From: Auanema rhodensis
Taxonomy: Eukaryota > Animalia > Nematoda
Direction of reading: 5' to 3'
Length of the DNA stretch: 64,000 nucleotides
Assembly: GCA_964057225.1 (NCBI GenBank)
Contig: OZ059898.1
Location: 5,270,001 to 5,334,000 of the forward strand
The number at the start of each line of letters is the position of its first letter. Within the stretch, counting starts at the first letter, position 1. Shown here in pieces: positions 37,567 to 51,229 of the stretch. The notes under the pieces are model-generated. The model was not told the DNA's origin. It made no database searches and saw nothing but the letters and a program-made list of their open reading frames with translations. The translations under genes and the position numbers were made by a program.

Positions 37567-40500
37567 CTAAAATAAAAAAAGATAAAACTTTAAAAAGAAA
37601 AATTAGCAAGCTTGTTCAGTTTGATAATTCAGAAGCATTCAAAAGAAAATGACAAAAAAAAAGATATCAAGTGCCAGACATGATATGATTCAATAACAAT
37701 GATATACAACATAAAATATAAATATGATTTTTTGAAGATAGTAAATTGATTGAGATGTGCTTAGAAGTAAGGCTTTCATCGATTAATAGCTCATCGGAAA
37801 CTGACCATATAGGGGCAGGGCCCAGTCAGTAGCCGTAAACCTATGACTGCTCTGTTTCTCTCTCAGTATGATCGTGATAAGCGACGGAGAATACAGAACA
37901 GGAGCAGCTAGTTAAACTTTTTCAGATAGAGACGAAGGAAAGGTGGAACTAAGCACGAGGAAAAAGCAAAAATCTATGGCAGATAGCGATGAACGAGTAA
38001 GTGATAGGAGAAAGACAAGACGGTAAACGAAGAGAGTTGTGTAGGAAGAGGGAAAAAAGAAATGAACGAGAAACAATATCAAATTTGGAGACGAGGGCAA
38101 GAATGTGTCATCAAATAAGCACTGTCAGTTGTTTAACCAACAAGTACCTTATAAGGACGACAATTTAATAAAATGGCTCAAAACAGCTTACTGGCTAGTA
38201 GATTTGAACACAAATGTCATTTCCTCTTTCTAATAGATTTCTACAGTCTACCTGCCATCTGTTCTATCTTGCTTACAGTAAGTTTTATGAAATGCTCGAC
38301 CAACATTCCCAGCAGGATCAACATACGCAAAAAGACAAATTGTGCAATTTACGGTAGCCAAAGTGAGAGAGAGCGAATTTTGCGATGATATGAGAGCTGA
38401 AGAAATTGCAATAAACTTCAGAATTACCTTCAAATCATATAAGGTCATGACCTATCATACATAATTTTCATGAATATTCAGAAAGAGAATAGAAGAAGAA
38501 TAAACAAATCAGTCTACGGCTGTCGCCTGAACTCAGTTGGAGATCTCACCTCATAAGGTGAAAAGAGAATGATGAACATGAAGGAGAGAAGGGATTTAAG
38601 ACAAAAGAAAAGTAAAAAAGGATAAAGAATGAAGATGACATATTGAATATTAGTGTTATGTTAATGAGTTATGCTACTTATATGGATAAAGAATACAAAA
38701 ATGTAAAAAGATTAAGGATATTAGTGGTATCAAGTGGAGATTTTAGTAAAAGGGGCCGTGTTTCATAATCATCTCATACATATCAAATCAAAGATACCGA
38801 CAGAAAAACCTATTTATAATAAGGAGAGACGATTCTAAGGAGGATCTCGTCTTACATAGAATCCGCGAGAACATGTACAACTACAAGACAGATCAAAAAT
38901 AATAGAAATATTATATGAAGATGATGAATATTAACAAAATATAAATTATAATAAGCATTAAATAATAAACTTACATCTGTTTTAATTTGTTCCGCTGACC
39001 ATATAGTATCCATTATTAAAGATAATTGCTGATCACAACAGCTATCTATATCAATACCTTTGTATAGACAAGATAGTTTGTTCAATGAGCTACTACCACA
39101 CACTGATCCAAAGATTTTTCTCAACACACAGCCAGACAATATTCTTCCTCCTTTCCACCGATGGGACGGAAAAAAAAGCTGTAAATCACAAAAATTGAAA
39201 TCAGGTAATAGGGCAAGCCCCCTTGGCTAATATAATAAAATATTTCAATCATAAAAAATTGTAAAACATCAAGAAACATGTATATGAGGCAAGCTATAAA
39301 ATGGTCACCTCTGGATATTTCATAACTTTCAAGTAAAGCCTAATGTACTAAAAAGTTGTTTACATGTCAAGCAGCTTATTTCCAGCCTTGTACATTTATG
39401 AACACAATTATTACAAAACAGTTTTAGATATATTGAAATATTATTATAAAATAGAAGAAAACCAAAATGAAAAGAAAAAAAGAATTTTGTAACAGACGGA
39501 GAAATATCCATTTCTCATATATCAATCCATCACCTCTATTCACATGCAACTCTTTGTACAGTAAAATCAAATATAAAATAAATTTGTTTTTGTAGTTTGA
39601 TCAGAAGTAATCTATTTTTGATTTTTTTCAAAAAAAAAGAAAAAAAAGATATTTGATCCACACCCTAATGGTTTTTGTGAAATATGCGAGTATTATATTG
39701 ATATCTAATTGTTTTAGAAGGTGCCCATTTCTTTTTCCTTTCCTGATATAGGAAAACACGACCTCTGGGTTGCCGGTAAGATGAAAAGTTTCTATAAGCA
39801 ATGATTTACGAGTTGGGAGCCTGCGCACGCCTGGGTTTCCATTCTCTTTTGCTCTATGGCTTGCTCTCTCTTGTCTTCTCTTTCTTTTTTGCTCACCCTA
39901 TCTCTTCTTCTGCATTTAATATCTGTTCTTCGACTGTTTATCGTGAATCTCAAAGTAGAAACTAAGGAAGCACAGAAATCATCGGGGTTTTAATATTTTT
40001 TTTCTTTAAGGACATAGCTTCTAGCTCTATCTGTCTTATCGTCTCCGTTCACTTTTCTGTGATGGCAAAACGATTGAAGATTGAAAATGGTATTGTCGAC
40101 TACTACTTTTGCATGCTTCATACCCATATTCTCTTGTCAATTCCTTTACACAATAGAGTGCAATACCATATAAAATGATGAATTTAAATTATAATTTTAA
40201 GCTGGAAATCATTATTAAGCTATTACTGTAAAACAAATTTTCATTTAGGAAGTAATTCAAATGAATACTGTCTTTAATGGTATACGGTAGTTTGATGCAA
40301 ATATAGAGAGAAAAGGCGAGAAGAACGGAAAAATCAGAGATGAAGGTCATGATTGAAGAACAAATCATTTAAATCTCAAATTTTAAATATAGTATTCAAA
40401 GATTTTCTGTTAAATATTAAAATATAAAGTTTATAAATTATAATTATATATATTATATTATATATTTATTGAAAATTTTGATGAGATTCATACAGTAAAT

Positions 40501-42380
40501 TGTTTTGTTTTCATTGACTGATTGAACTGATTAAATAGCTAATTTTCTTTACGAGACACATAAAATGCTGGAAAAGAGTGTTGAAAGAACAATGAAGAAG
40601 TGAAATAGCTGGTTTGATAAAGCAAACTGTCTAACTGGATCGGAAAAGCTATACAATCAAAATAATAGGTAAATGGTTAAAGTTGTAAATAAAAAAAAAT
40701 TCCTCTATATATACAGTTGATGTAGTTTTACATTTTATTTGAAACTTTCAAGTTCAAGCTTCATTTAATTATGAAATTACTAAGTTTATTTAAGATTTGA
40801 CCTTGTCCTTAGCGGAAAACTGTTATCCAATTAGTATCTGTTGTCATATCTGATATCTCTTATAGCCTTGCTTTACTTGGAGTAAAAGAAAGTTTTGTTA
40901 AAGAAATACAATATAAAAGAAAGAGAGTGATAGAGAAATAGAATGCATTATAGAGAGACTGAATAGATATAATGTCATAGAAAGTTGAGGCGGTATCGCT
41001 TATGAAAAAAGAAGAACATATATCATATTCATGGGACATGACATTTACGAGCTTAGGCCAACACTAAATCAGACAGTTCCGACTAAGAAATATTTTGTTA
41101 ATCAAATCGAAAAACTAGAACGATCTATGAGATGATTATGAGTTTCGGATATAAGTGATGTTGTTGAAAAGCGAGTTCAATCTGGGAGGTCTGTCATATT
41201 TATCGTCAAATTCACATTAATGATGGAATCTGTATATTATATTCATATTCAACCTATTCATATATCCTTATGATTTTAAAATTGAAACATACATTATTTT
41301 CAAAGAAAAACATTGAAATATGTGAAAACTGAGAGATAATTTAAGGCTTTCAAACATTTGATTGTCTAAAGCAAAATGATGTCTTATCAGTTTATCGCGT
41401 TTTCTTTCAATTGCAAGCGAGAAATGTGACTCTACCAAAATAAAATTACATTGCTCATGAAATTTTTTTTTATTTTTTAAATTTGAAATTTAGAAAAATC
41501 CATTATGATTAACTATATGATATAGTTGTATCTTCATTTATCAGCCTATCAATAAAACTAAAATGATTATCATTGGATCTATTAAACATCTTTAATATCC
41601 TTATTAATAGTATTTGGTAAAAAACCAATTTTATTTAATCTTTACAAGGCTATTCAGATTTAAATAAAAAAATTTATGATAAACTGTTTGTTTGCCAGCC
41701 AAACAAGAAGCTCAAGCAGAACCATATAAGAAACTGTTGTCATTGTTGTAGAGCCAAGTCCAATTTGAGATCGACCCGATTCCCAAAGCATAACAGCAGC
41801 TGCTATCAATTGAACAATCATAAAATCTTGTCTGTTCATCCTTTTATGGCAACTAGCCAGCTGGGCAAGTAGTAGTCAATATCTTACCGTTCACAATAGG
41901 AAGGAGAAAGCCATTTTCTTCTATTTCATCTAACCTTTTCAGAGGATTGAGAATCAGCTACCTTATTTAGATATTGGTTGTTTACATCAACTAATTATTT
42001 ATATCCATATATCACATATTTTTACCGAAAAATGTGTATTCATTCATCCAGCTGGTCTTATTTCTGTGCCATTGGGAAGGGCATACCAGTATCAACTACA
42101 GTAATCCGATCTGTCTTTTGTTCTGCAAAAATGTTTGATCTATCCGAAAAGATTTAAGAGCGATCAGAAAAAAAAAAGAAAAAAACAAATGTATAAACAA
42201 TTTGTTTATTTTACTTAATAATAAATGTTATCTATTTCAAGAAAAAGAAACATTGTGAAACTAAAAACGATATAATGATCAAAAAGAATTGGAACAACAT
42301 GTGATAAATGTTTATATTGTGTCGAAATCAAAATATATATATATATACAATATTATTTGGTATAAAACAAATTCTCTCTC

Positions 42381-43165
42381 TCAACAGTATTCTGGATATA
42401 ACTCGATGTATAACTTCATCTCTTTAGCTAGCCATTCCATTGCTTTCTCAAATCCTGCTCCAGTTAATGCACATGTGGAGAAGATTCCCCAGTGGTGGCC
42501 ACGTATTACATCTAAGCCTGAATAGTTAGATATTATAATAGTTATTAATTAAGTGTTATTAATAACCTAAACTTGTAGTTATCTCAGCTGATGTCATAGC
42601 ATCTTTTTCGTCCATTTTATTGGCTATTATAAGAACTGGAACTTTTTTTGTTGCAATATCACGATGATCCAATATCATCCATAGTTCATCTCGTGCTACA
42701 GCCATTCGTAGTCGATCAGCGCTATCAACCTGTGAATGTTATAACTGAACCTAATCATATAATAATTTACAAACCACAAACATGACTGATTGGCATTTTC
42801 CATAATATGATTCCCAAACATTTCTATATTTTGCTGAAATTAGATTTGAATGAGTTTTTCGGATATGTCTACATGTGTATAGTAATAGCTTACATTGACC
42901 AGACATATCAAAAGCATTGAACAGAAAATTTTCATTTGTGAAAGTGCTCACACTGTATCCAACAGTCGGTACAACATGCGTGGCTCTAGATTCAGGAGAT
43001 TTCAATTGATTTAATATTGTTGTCTTGAAGTAAATACAACGTTATAAATACAATTTTAAACTTTTTATAAACCTTTCCTGAGTTATCCAATCCAACAACT
43101 ATGATATTCATTTGTTTTCTTCCCAAAAATCCAAATAGTGATGAAAGTGATGAGAAAAAACCCAT
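42381..43165 (-). CDS. arl-6: ADP-ribosylation factor-like 6 (ARL6/BBS3), ciliary small GTPase
   Basis: MGFFSSL amphipathic N-terminus, GLDNSGKTT, VPTVGY, FDMSGQSKYRNVWESYY, FVVDSADRLRMAVARDEL, ANKMD, TCALTGAG; DMSGQ is diagnostic of ARL6. Confidence 0.95.
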
Positions 43166-44563
43166 TTTAGAGTTCGATTAACTTGAAAACAAAAAGATGA
43201 ACAAATTATTCAACATATATAGTACAATATATTCTAAAAGGTCATATTTACCTCATAAGATAAAGATATATTAAATATATAACTATAAAGGTAAAACAAA
43301 TATATGTTATATAATGAAATCAACAAAATGCTACTGTGTGATAATCAAACCGACAACCAGCTTTCATCTTAACCGTTTCAAGTATTTGTTTGAATTAGTT
43401 ATTATATAATATATATATATATATTATTATTATTATAAAAAAGATACAAATATTAATTCTAATAGGGATTTATTTAAATATTAAATATCTTATTTTAATA
43501 ATATTTAATATTAAATTTCTATATATTACTCTGAAATTTCTTACTTATTCTCTAAATATATTTTTTTATAATTTACTCTTCTTCTTTCACAGCCAAAACT
43601 CTAGTTTGATCACACACTACGATGAGCTAAAAGAATAACATGAGATGGCGGTCCTTTTATCTGACTGATTGTATTTCTTCAAATCATCAGGTTCACCAAC
43701 TAATCTGTCAATGACGTCATCATATGTCTGACAGTCAGATGGCCCATCAATGCTCATGCTCAACACATTCACGACCGGCTTCTGACCTTTTGCCATTTGT
43801 CACAACTGCTCAACCACAAAGGCATTCCGCCAAAGATTCATTTAAAGATATAACACATATTAATACGAAATAAATGAAAAAAATGCCAAAAAATAATTAG
43901 AAAAGCTTGATTTTAAGTTTATAAAATAAAATGTTGTAATGAATATAACCAATATTAATTACAGTGTACTATAATTATTGTTTTAGTTAATTAATTATAT
44001 AAAAATATTTTGTTATTATTTTTTTAATATTCCTTCAGAGGGTTTCTAATATTTAAAAGAAAAAGATTAAAAATGTAAAAAAAAAAGTTTTTTTTTGTAC
44101 CAAAAAGGATATCTGCTTTCCCACAATGTTATTGCGTAATCTGGCATGGTATGAAAGGATGAAGATAGTTTATGCTAATCCAAGACTCATATCGTTTCGG
44201 GTTTCTTTTAGAGTTTTAGATGTGAAAGACAATAGAAAATTAACTTTGTTATAACTGTAAAGAGAAGATTTAGTTTATTTCTTTTAATGTAAATGAGAAG
44301 CGGTAGTTCTTTTATAATAAATAAAATAATTTATGATTTTATAATATAAATCCTAACGTACTATGAAAAAAAAAGTTGAAAAGGGAAACAATATAATATT
44401 GTTTATATAACTTATATTAAAATAATTAATATATATTAATATATAAGAATATTATAATAATAAAAACATAAATATTTGTTAGTTAAACTTACAAATATTC
44501 ATTTTCATATAAAAAGAACAGATTATTAAGATATGTTCGTGGTCGATATGGATAGACATGTAC

Positions 44564-44577
44564 GTCACCATGGTGAC
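44564..44577. promoter_or_regulatory. X-box (RFX/DAF-19 site) candidate, GTCACCATGGTGAC
   Basis: Perfect 14-bp palindrome (16 bp with flanks) of X-box form (6 bp-AT-6 bp) in very AT-rich DNA ~1.4 kb upstream of the ciliary gene arl-6. Confidence 0.75.
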
Positions 44578-45190
44578 GGATGGAACATTTCGACTTTCTC
44601 TATAAAATGGTTTTGAAATCAAATAAAGAAGATACAAATATATTTTATTTAAACATAACAAACATAATGAAATTTATACGATTTCTACGATTTAGTAATA
44701 ATAAAGGTTTACTTTTAAGCTACAAAAATAAGTGATATTTGAACTTTATTAGGTTGCATACCTTTGACAGACAAAAAAATCAATAATCATTTAATTAGTT
44801 TTAAAATAATATGAACACATATGTTAACAATCAAATATAATATTAGAAGATCTTCAAAATTCAAAATAATACAAAAAATATATTAATTTAAAAGATTTTA
44901 TTAATCAGCATTCAACTTAATAGTCCTCGTAACAGAACTATCACAAATCTTAAAAAAAAGTAGATGTGTATTATAATTCTGGAATATTGTTAGAGAATAA
45001 AATTTCTTTTTTCTAGTGAAGTTCAAAATTGCGATGATTTGCACTTTAAAATTGACCCCCAGTGATGTAACATGCTCAAATCGGAAGAAGCTAGACTGAA
45101 TTGCAGCTGAACATGTAATCTTTCTTTCTTCTCACTTTCCATATCCCTTTTTTCTGAATTTCAGTTCAATTCTTCAATTCTTCAATTCTT

Positions 45191-45193
<3 letters not shown>

Positions 45194-45260
<67 letters not shown>
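45194..45260. repeat. (CT)~33 microsatellite
   Basis: Directly visible. Confidence 0.95.
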
Positions 45261-45265
<5 letters not shown>

Positions 45266-47259
45266 TTTTTTTCTCTAACTATTTGAATGTCTTCTTCTTG
45301 CAATCAGAGCCAAATAAGAGTAGGAAAGACGTTTCATGATCGAAGAGCAGTAGTCGATTTCATCTAAATATCTTTTATAGTTGTTCCCAGACCAAATATT
45401 CTGTCTATGACATGGTTTTCTAATACATAAAAGTTTTGATCATTAGTTATTAGTAAAATAGTTTCTATATTATTCTTATAATTTAATTTTCATCTGAAAT
45501 TTGAACAAAAAAAAACATTTGAATTATCTTTACTTACTCTTTCAACACATTTCATTCTTTTTCATTCTATATTTACAATTGCACAGCGAACAAGAAGTAT
45601 GATGAGCAAGCTATCTCTGGGAAAAAGCTGAGCAAATATCGCACAGAAGCTGTAGCTGAAGTCGAAACTATGGCAGTCTAGTTGCTAGAGCTTTTTTGTT
45701 TCGATCATAGTGATATTTTTCGATTTTTTATGAAGCTTATCGCGTAAACTTTAATGTTTTCAATGTTGTCATAACTCTTATTCGAGTGAAACAAACAATT
45801 TATTGACTTCATGACATGAAGATAGACTTGCATAAAATTTGTACAACTTTCCCTCAAAAGCTTATTGATTGATTATTTATAAGTTCATACATATGTACTT
45901 AATGAGCTATATGAAGTAAGGATTCTGTTCTGAATCATCTATTTGTTCAAAATTTTGAAAATATCGTAAGATATAAACATTTGTGATGACTACTTCAACG
46001 ATCGGAGCAGTTTTTCTCAATCTTGTACGTTTTTCTAGCGGGAACTTCACACGTTGTTCGACCGATGTAAAGGTAGCGAACGATTCAGATGAACTTGTGT
46101 TCTCTCTAAACCTTTCACCATGTCCCGTATCTTGTTCACTTTCCATCTTTCTCTCATAATCTTCTATACCTTTTCTTTCTTTCTCTCTCACTCTCTTGAA
46201 ATTTTGTATGTACCCTATGCCACAGAATTCTTAGTGTTGAATTCATTCTTCCTATCTCTCAGTAACCGGTCGTCTTCTTTCGTCACCGTCATCTTCATCA
46301 TCTACCATCGTCGTCACCTCTTCTACAATGTCTTCCTCCACCTTTCAACCTAACCATCTAGCTCTCCTCATCTTATTTCTTTCTCTCTCATTTACTTTTT
46401 CCATCAATTTTTCGAGAACAATTAATTATTGACTTTTCTGTCAGCTTGCTTACCGCAAACTAGCATTACCTCTTTCTCATTCGAATGCCATTTTTAATTA
46501 TAATTATACAAGTTACACTGATAATTATATATATAATTTACTAAAATGTATCTTTTTTTTAAATTTTATATAACGATTTTAATATTTATAATACATTATT
46601 ATATTTTATAATTAATAAACAGTTCTTTCTTTGCTCTTTCTGTGTTCCTCACAGTTTTCTTTCATTTGACTATTTTTATTTTTTTATACTTTTGTTAAAA
46701 TATGAGTTCAATGGGTCATAATCCTAAGATTCATCTATTTTATCAGATCTAAGAAGCTGTCACTCAAGCTTCACTTCTTTTGAGAATCTAGCTCATTTTC
46801 AATCATAGTTAAAATGGATCAATTGTTTATACGAATATTTAAAATAAATATATATTTATATATATTTATATATATATGTATTTTATCATTTTTAATATAA
46901 CATTCAATGTTTTAATCGAATTTAATTATCACTTTCACTTTTTTTTTAAACTGTAATACATGAAAACTCATATAGACATTTTTTGTCTGTCTTCTTTTCT
47001 TAGTAGTTTATATATACTTTTAAGTTCTTTTCAACATTTTAACATCCAAATACATCAACTGCTTCATATTTCTATTGAGAGACTATGCCACAGGGAAATG
47101 TCGATTTTCTTATTTGTCTTGTATTCAATTACACATTTTATCTTTCTCCTTCCTATACTGTCTCATTCATCCATCTATCTGCCCTCCTTTCCTTTTTCAT
47201 TGGATTAGCTTTTTTTTATTTTTAACTTTAAATCTTGTAAAGTTTTTTTTTCAGCCGAA

Positions 47260-48335
47260 ATGGGCAAGGACTATAAATATGGTCAACCTTACGGTGGTTA
47301 TTCCTATTCACCTGCACCGACGAAAATGGAGATCACAATCAACCAAGTTTTATACAAACTATTTATTTTATTTTATTCTTCTCATGTTTTAAGAGTCCTG
47401 GATCATCTGTAGGTCAATCTGCTCCATACTCATCGCGACGTCCTCAAGCCAGTGCCCCACCTCCTCCTATGTATGGAAATGAAAATCCACCTTACAATCC
47501 TATGTACCTAGATCGGCAATGGAAAGATTTTGAAATTTTTAATTTAGGTGGATTGACAGATTTCCTAGAAGAGAAAATCGAGGAATGTTTCGTTTATGTT
47601 TGGTAGAACTCATGTTAGGACGTTAGTGAAAATATATTTCGTTATGGAATTTTAAGAGTAAACTTCATGTTTTAGTTGTAATTTTTGGTGGTGGCATTTG
47701 GTGTTATAACGATACTCCTGATTATTGTCCATACTATTCGGCTATTTGGACTTCAGCTTTTTTTATTTTAAACTCTTTAGTATGAATATTGAATGAAGAT
47801 ATCATTAATACCGAGCAAATAATTTTCAGGTCGGAAGCGCTGCGGCTAAACTAGGCTCTCATAACCTGTATATGGCTCACCTAGTTCTTTCTTTGGTGAC
47901 TGTCATGATGTGCTTTATAGGTGGAGGATTAAGTGCGAGGTAACTTAATTTTCGCCATTTATAAAATTGAAAATAATTATCTGTACTTTAGAAATTGGGC
48001 TTTAGTTGGGACATACCAACATCCTAAAATAGCAAGAAACCAAGCATTTTGCTTATTAGGAAGTCATGATACCGGGCGGTATGAATTTAAATAGAAATCA
48101 AATTTATTTTTGTTTAATTTAAGACTTTCATATATATTTTCACAAATGGACAAATATGATTTTGCCAAGTGTTTGTGGCAATTGAAAGTTGGTGTAGCTG
48201 TAAATTCCATCCAATTTGTTATTGACGTTTTAGAAGGTATAATGAAGTTCAAATTAAATTTTTATCATTTTTTTTTCAGTTTTGTTGAATATACTCTCGG
48301 CTATACTCTGTCTCAAAAGAACATGCAGCTTTTAA
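47260..48335 (+). CDS. Uncharacterised four-TM protein (MS4A/CD20-like topology) with Pro/Tyr-rich N-terminus
   Basis: TTTTCAG acceptor 6 nt before ATG; phase-consistent exons give MGKDYKYGQPYGG...QASAPPPPMYGNENPPYNPMWIDRFPRRENRGMFRLCLVELMLGLVIFGGGIWCY...CPYYSAIWTSAFFILNSLVGSAAAKLG...LYMAHLVLSLVTVMMC...KVGVAVNSIQFVIDVLEVLLNILSAILCLKRTCSF*. Family assignment is by topology only. Confidence 0.8.
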
Positions 48336-48850
48336 ACTTTTGTTACATATGGGTCAACATTTTTGCAATACTATAATGCCATAATAAATATGTTTTATAA
48401 AGTATCTTTCTTGTATTCAGTAAAAATTTATAGATTTCTTTTTGTTTTTATTTTCAAACTGATTGACAACGTTGGTCTGAAATAAAAAAATTAACTTAAA
48501 CTTGGTAATGTTACCTACAACTCACATATACAGATTTCTTGAGAGTTTGATAATGAAATTCAAAAAATATTATAAACATAAATTCGAGAACTGATTCAAT
48601 AACCAAAAACAATTAAAATGAATAATGGTACTTGAAGAATTTTGAACAAAATTATTGTAAGACACCGTACACTTTGAAATATTAATAAAATTTGCACTCC
48701 GTTTACAAGAGAGCATGCACCGATTGCCATCAGCTTATTTCAATATTCATTCAGTGGTTAGTGCTTAATCATTTCTGTCTCAGTTTCAAAGCTTTTCAAT
48801 TGGTTAGCTTATTTATAGATTTTTATATTATTTCAGAATAATGCTTAATA

Positions 48851-49661
48851 ATGGGTAGAGGTTCTTCCTTGATATGGATTGTACTATTACTCGCTTACTT
48901 TGTTTCAGAAAGTTGGTTTTATTCTATATATATGAATTAATGTTTTTTTATTAAGATACCTTATTTGTTTTTGCAAAAACAACGCCGGAACCTATACAAA
49001 ATGTACAGTGTAGCTCTCTGAGCCCGTTTCAGTAAGTTTTCCAAATATGTCATCATCTTTTTAATATATTTTTCAGCTATAAGTGTGATCCCCCCGAGAT
49101 AGATTTAGAGACACAGCAACCATCAACTTGTCAATCTGATAATTCTGTTATTGGTATGAGAAAGTTTAGTTACCTATAATATTAATTTTGTTAAGTAACA
49201 TGCACAACAGTTCCTAAACTTACTTGTGTTGGCCAGTTGAATGGAACTAATGTTTTCACCCGGAAGGTTAATATCTTGCAAAGCATTAGTTAATATTCTT
49301 AAAATACAGATTCCAAACTCCTGCTACTTTGATGCTCACGTTCCACATTCTACTGCTCTATTGCTTTCAATTTTTTTAGGGTTTTTTGGTATTGACCGCA
49401 TTTATTTAGGATATTATGCTATTGGTAAGATAATTATAAAATCTTTTAATTTTCTTTGTTTCAGGTTTATTCAAAATGTTTTCTTTGGGAGGATTGTTTA
49501 TTCTTTGGATAACAGATGTTGTTTTGATTGCGTTACAAGTATTACTTCCTTCGGATGGTACTAATTATTATATGCCATATTATGGGCCACGCTCCACTCC
49601 TGTTAGATTTGATGCTTACTCAACTAACTATTCAATATTCTCTTGTGCAGATTGCCCTTAG
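48851..49661 (+). CDS. TM2D1: TM2 domain-containing protein 1 (TM2D1/BBP)
   Basis: Signal peptide, YKCDPPEIDLETQQPSTC, TM2 domain ALLLSIFLGFFGIDRIYLGYYAIGLFKMFSLGGLFILWITDVVLIALQ, and the TM2D1-type tail PSDGTNYYMPYYGPR. Confidence 0.9.
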
Positions 49662-49814
49662 AAAGAAAAATATATAAATTTATATATGTGAAACGGGTTG
49701 TAAATAAAGCTACTTTTCTATTATTTTTACTTGTATTCTGGGTTTCGGACCTTGCTTAAATATCGCCTTGTCAGTTTTCTTCGAACTCTTTATATATTTG
49801 ATATCAGACCGAAA

Positions 49815-50162
49815 ATGGCCACTGAACAACAACTCCAAGTAGTAGCAGAACTTGAGGTAAAGTATAAATATTTTTCTTTTATTGTACAAAATTCAACTAA
49901 AGGTGGAAATGATGTCTGACATGTACCGTCGTATGACTTCAGCATGTCAAGACAAGTGCATCGCTAAGACATTCAAAGAAGGAGAACTTACCAAGGTTTT
50001 GCTATATTTTTTTGTATACTATTCTGTTCTTTCTAGGGAGAAGCTGTTTGCTTAGATAGATGTGTAGCAAAATATTTAGATGTTCATGAGAAACTTGGAA
50101 AAAGATTAACCAACATGTCACAAACCGATGAAGTTGCTCTTCAGAAAATAAATCAAAACTGA
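49815..50162 (+). CDS. tin-10: Mitochondrial small TIM chaperone Tim10
   Basis: [23 protein letters not shown]...[28 protein letters not shown]: twin CX3C and Tim10 signature. Confidence 0.96.
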
Positions 50163-51229
50163 TAAATTTTTAAATTAAGTTAGATCGGTTAGTATAATTG
50201 TTGTTTCTTTTTGATATATAGACCTGAGTTTTGTTGTTTTTAACTTTGAATCCAAATTTCCATTGGATTTCAGCATTATTGTTGTTTTAATTGTTGTTAA
50301 ACAATTAGAGTAAATCATATTATTATATTAGTTTGTATGCATTACCTGAACATTTACAAATTATTTATGTCCACTTTCACATTGAGTAATTGAAACTTTT
50401 AATTTCTTTCGCAAAATGACACTCACAGAAATGGCAATAAACATCATAACCAGTTTGCCAGCTGTTTACCAAGTGTTTCGGTAATGCGGTAAGAGGGGCT
50501 GTATGTTTCTGGTCTTTAATAAGGTGATGAAGATGATAGGGCATATTCTCGATTCTTTCGCTATTAACAAATATCAATAATTACTTTAGATGATCCATAA
50601 CTTCAGTTTATTTTAAATCAAAATCGAATTTAAGTTGTTCTTGACTTGAGGATTGTCAAAGAGTTTCTAAAGTTCTTAATTGTTCAAGTACTACTGTTTA
50701 CCATAATGTTTCTACACGTCCTTGAGCTCTAAGAATGTTGTATAGAGGGCCGTCTCATATATATCTATCTTCCTATATGTATATACGGAGACATCGAATT
50801 GAAAAATAGATGTCTCTTTCGTTCTCCCCTTTCCACACCCTCCCAACCTCTCTCTTCTACCACGCCAACCATCCATGTATTGCTAAAGGAATGAAAAAAG
50901 GGAACGATGAAAGATAATGACAGCGCGTTACAATTTGAAGAGACGCCGACAGGTCGTTCCCAAAGTCATTGCTGAAATCGGAGAGAGTGTGGGCGTGGTA
51001 CAGCTACTGTTTCTCCGGTTGCTGCTGGTCGTCGTCGTTGTCTACGTCGTTTAGCGTGTCTCCACCAGCCAATCCACTACCGCAACCCATACACATATAC
51101 AAGCCGACTCACGGTTTACGCCCACCTTTTCTGTAGTGTGTGTACTTCTCAGGCAAGGCTTGACAGTCTAGAATCTCCTAAACTCATATTCAATTTATCA
51201 TTGCCTTTAGGCTAAGACTTTAACTTATA

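Noticed and set aside
45907-46191. 94-aa minus-strand ORF
   Set aside because: Largely antisense of CT-rich upstream sequence of the 47260 gene; no recognisable domain or consistent downstream exons.
50377-50760. His/Cys-containing minus-strand ORF between tin-10 and the LAPTM-like gene
   Set aside because: Could not link to an ATG-bearing exon without stops; no family match.
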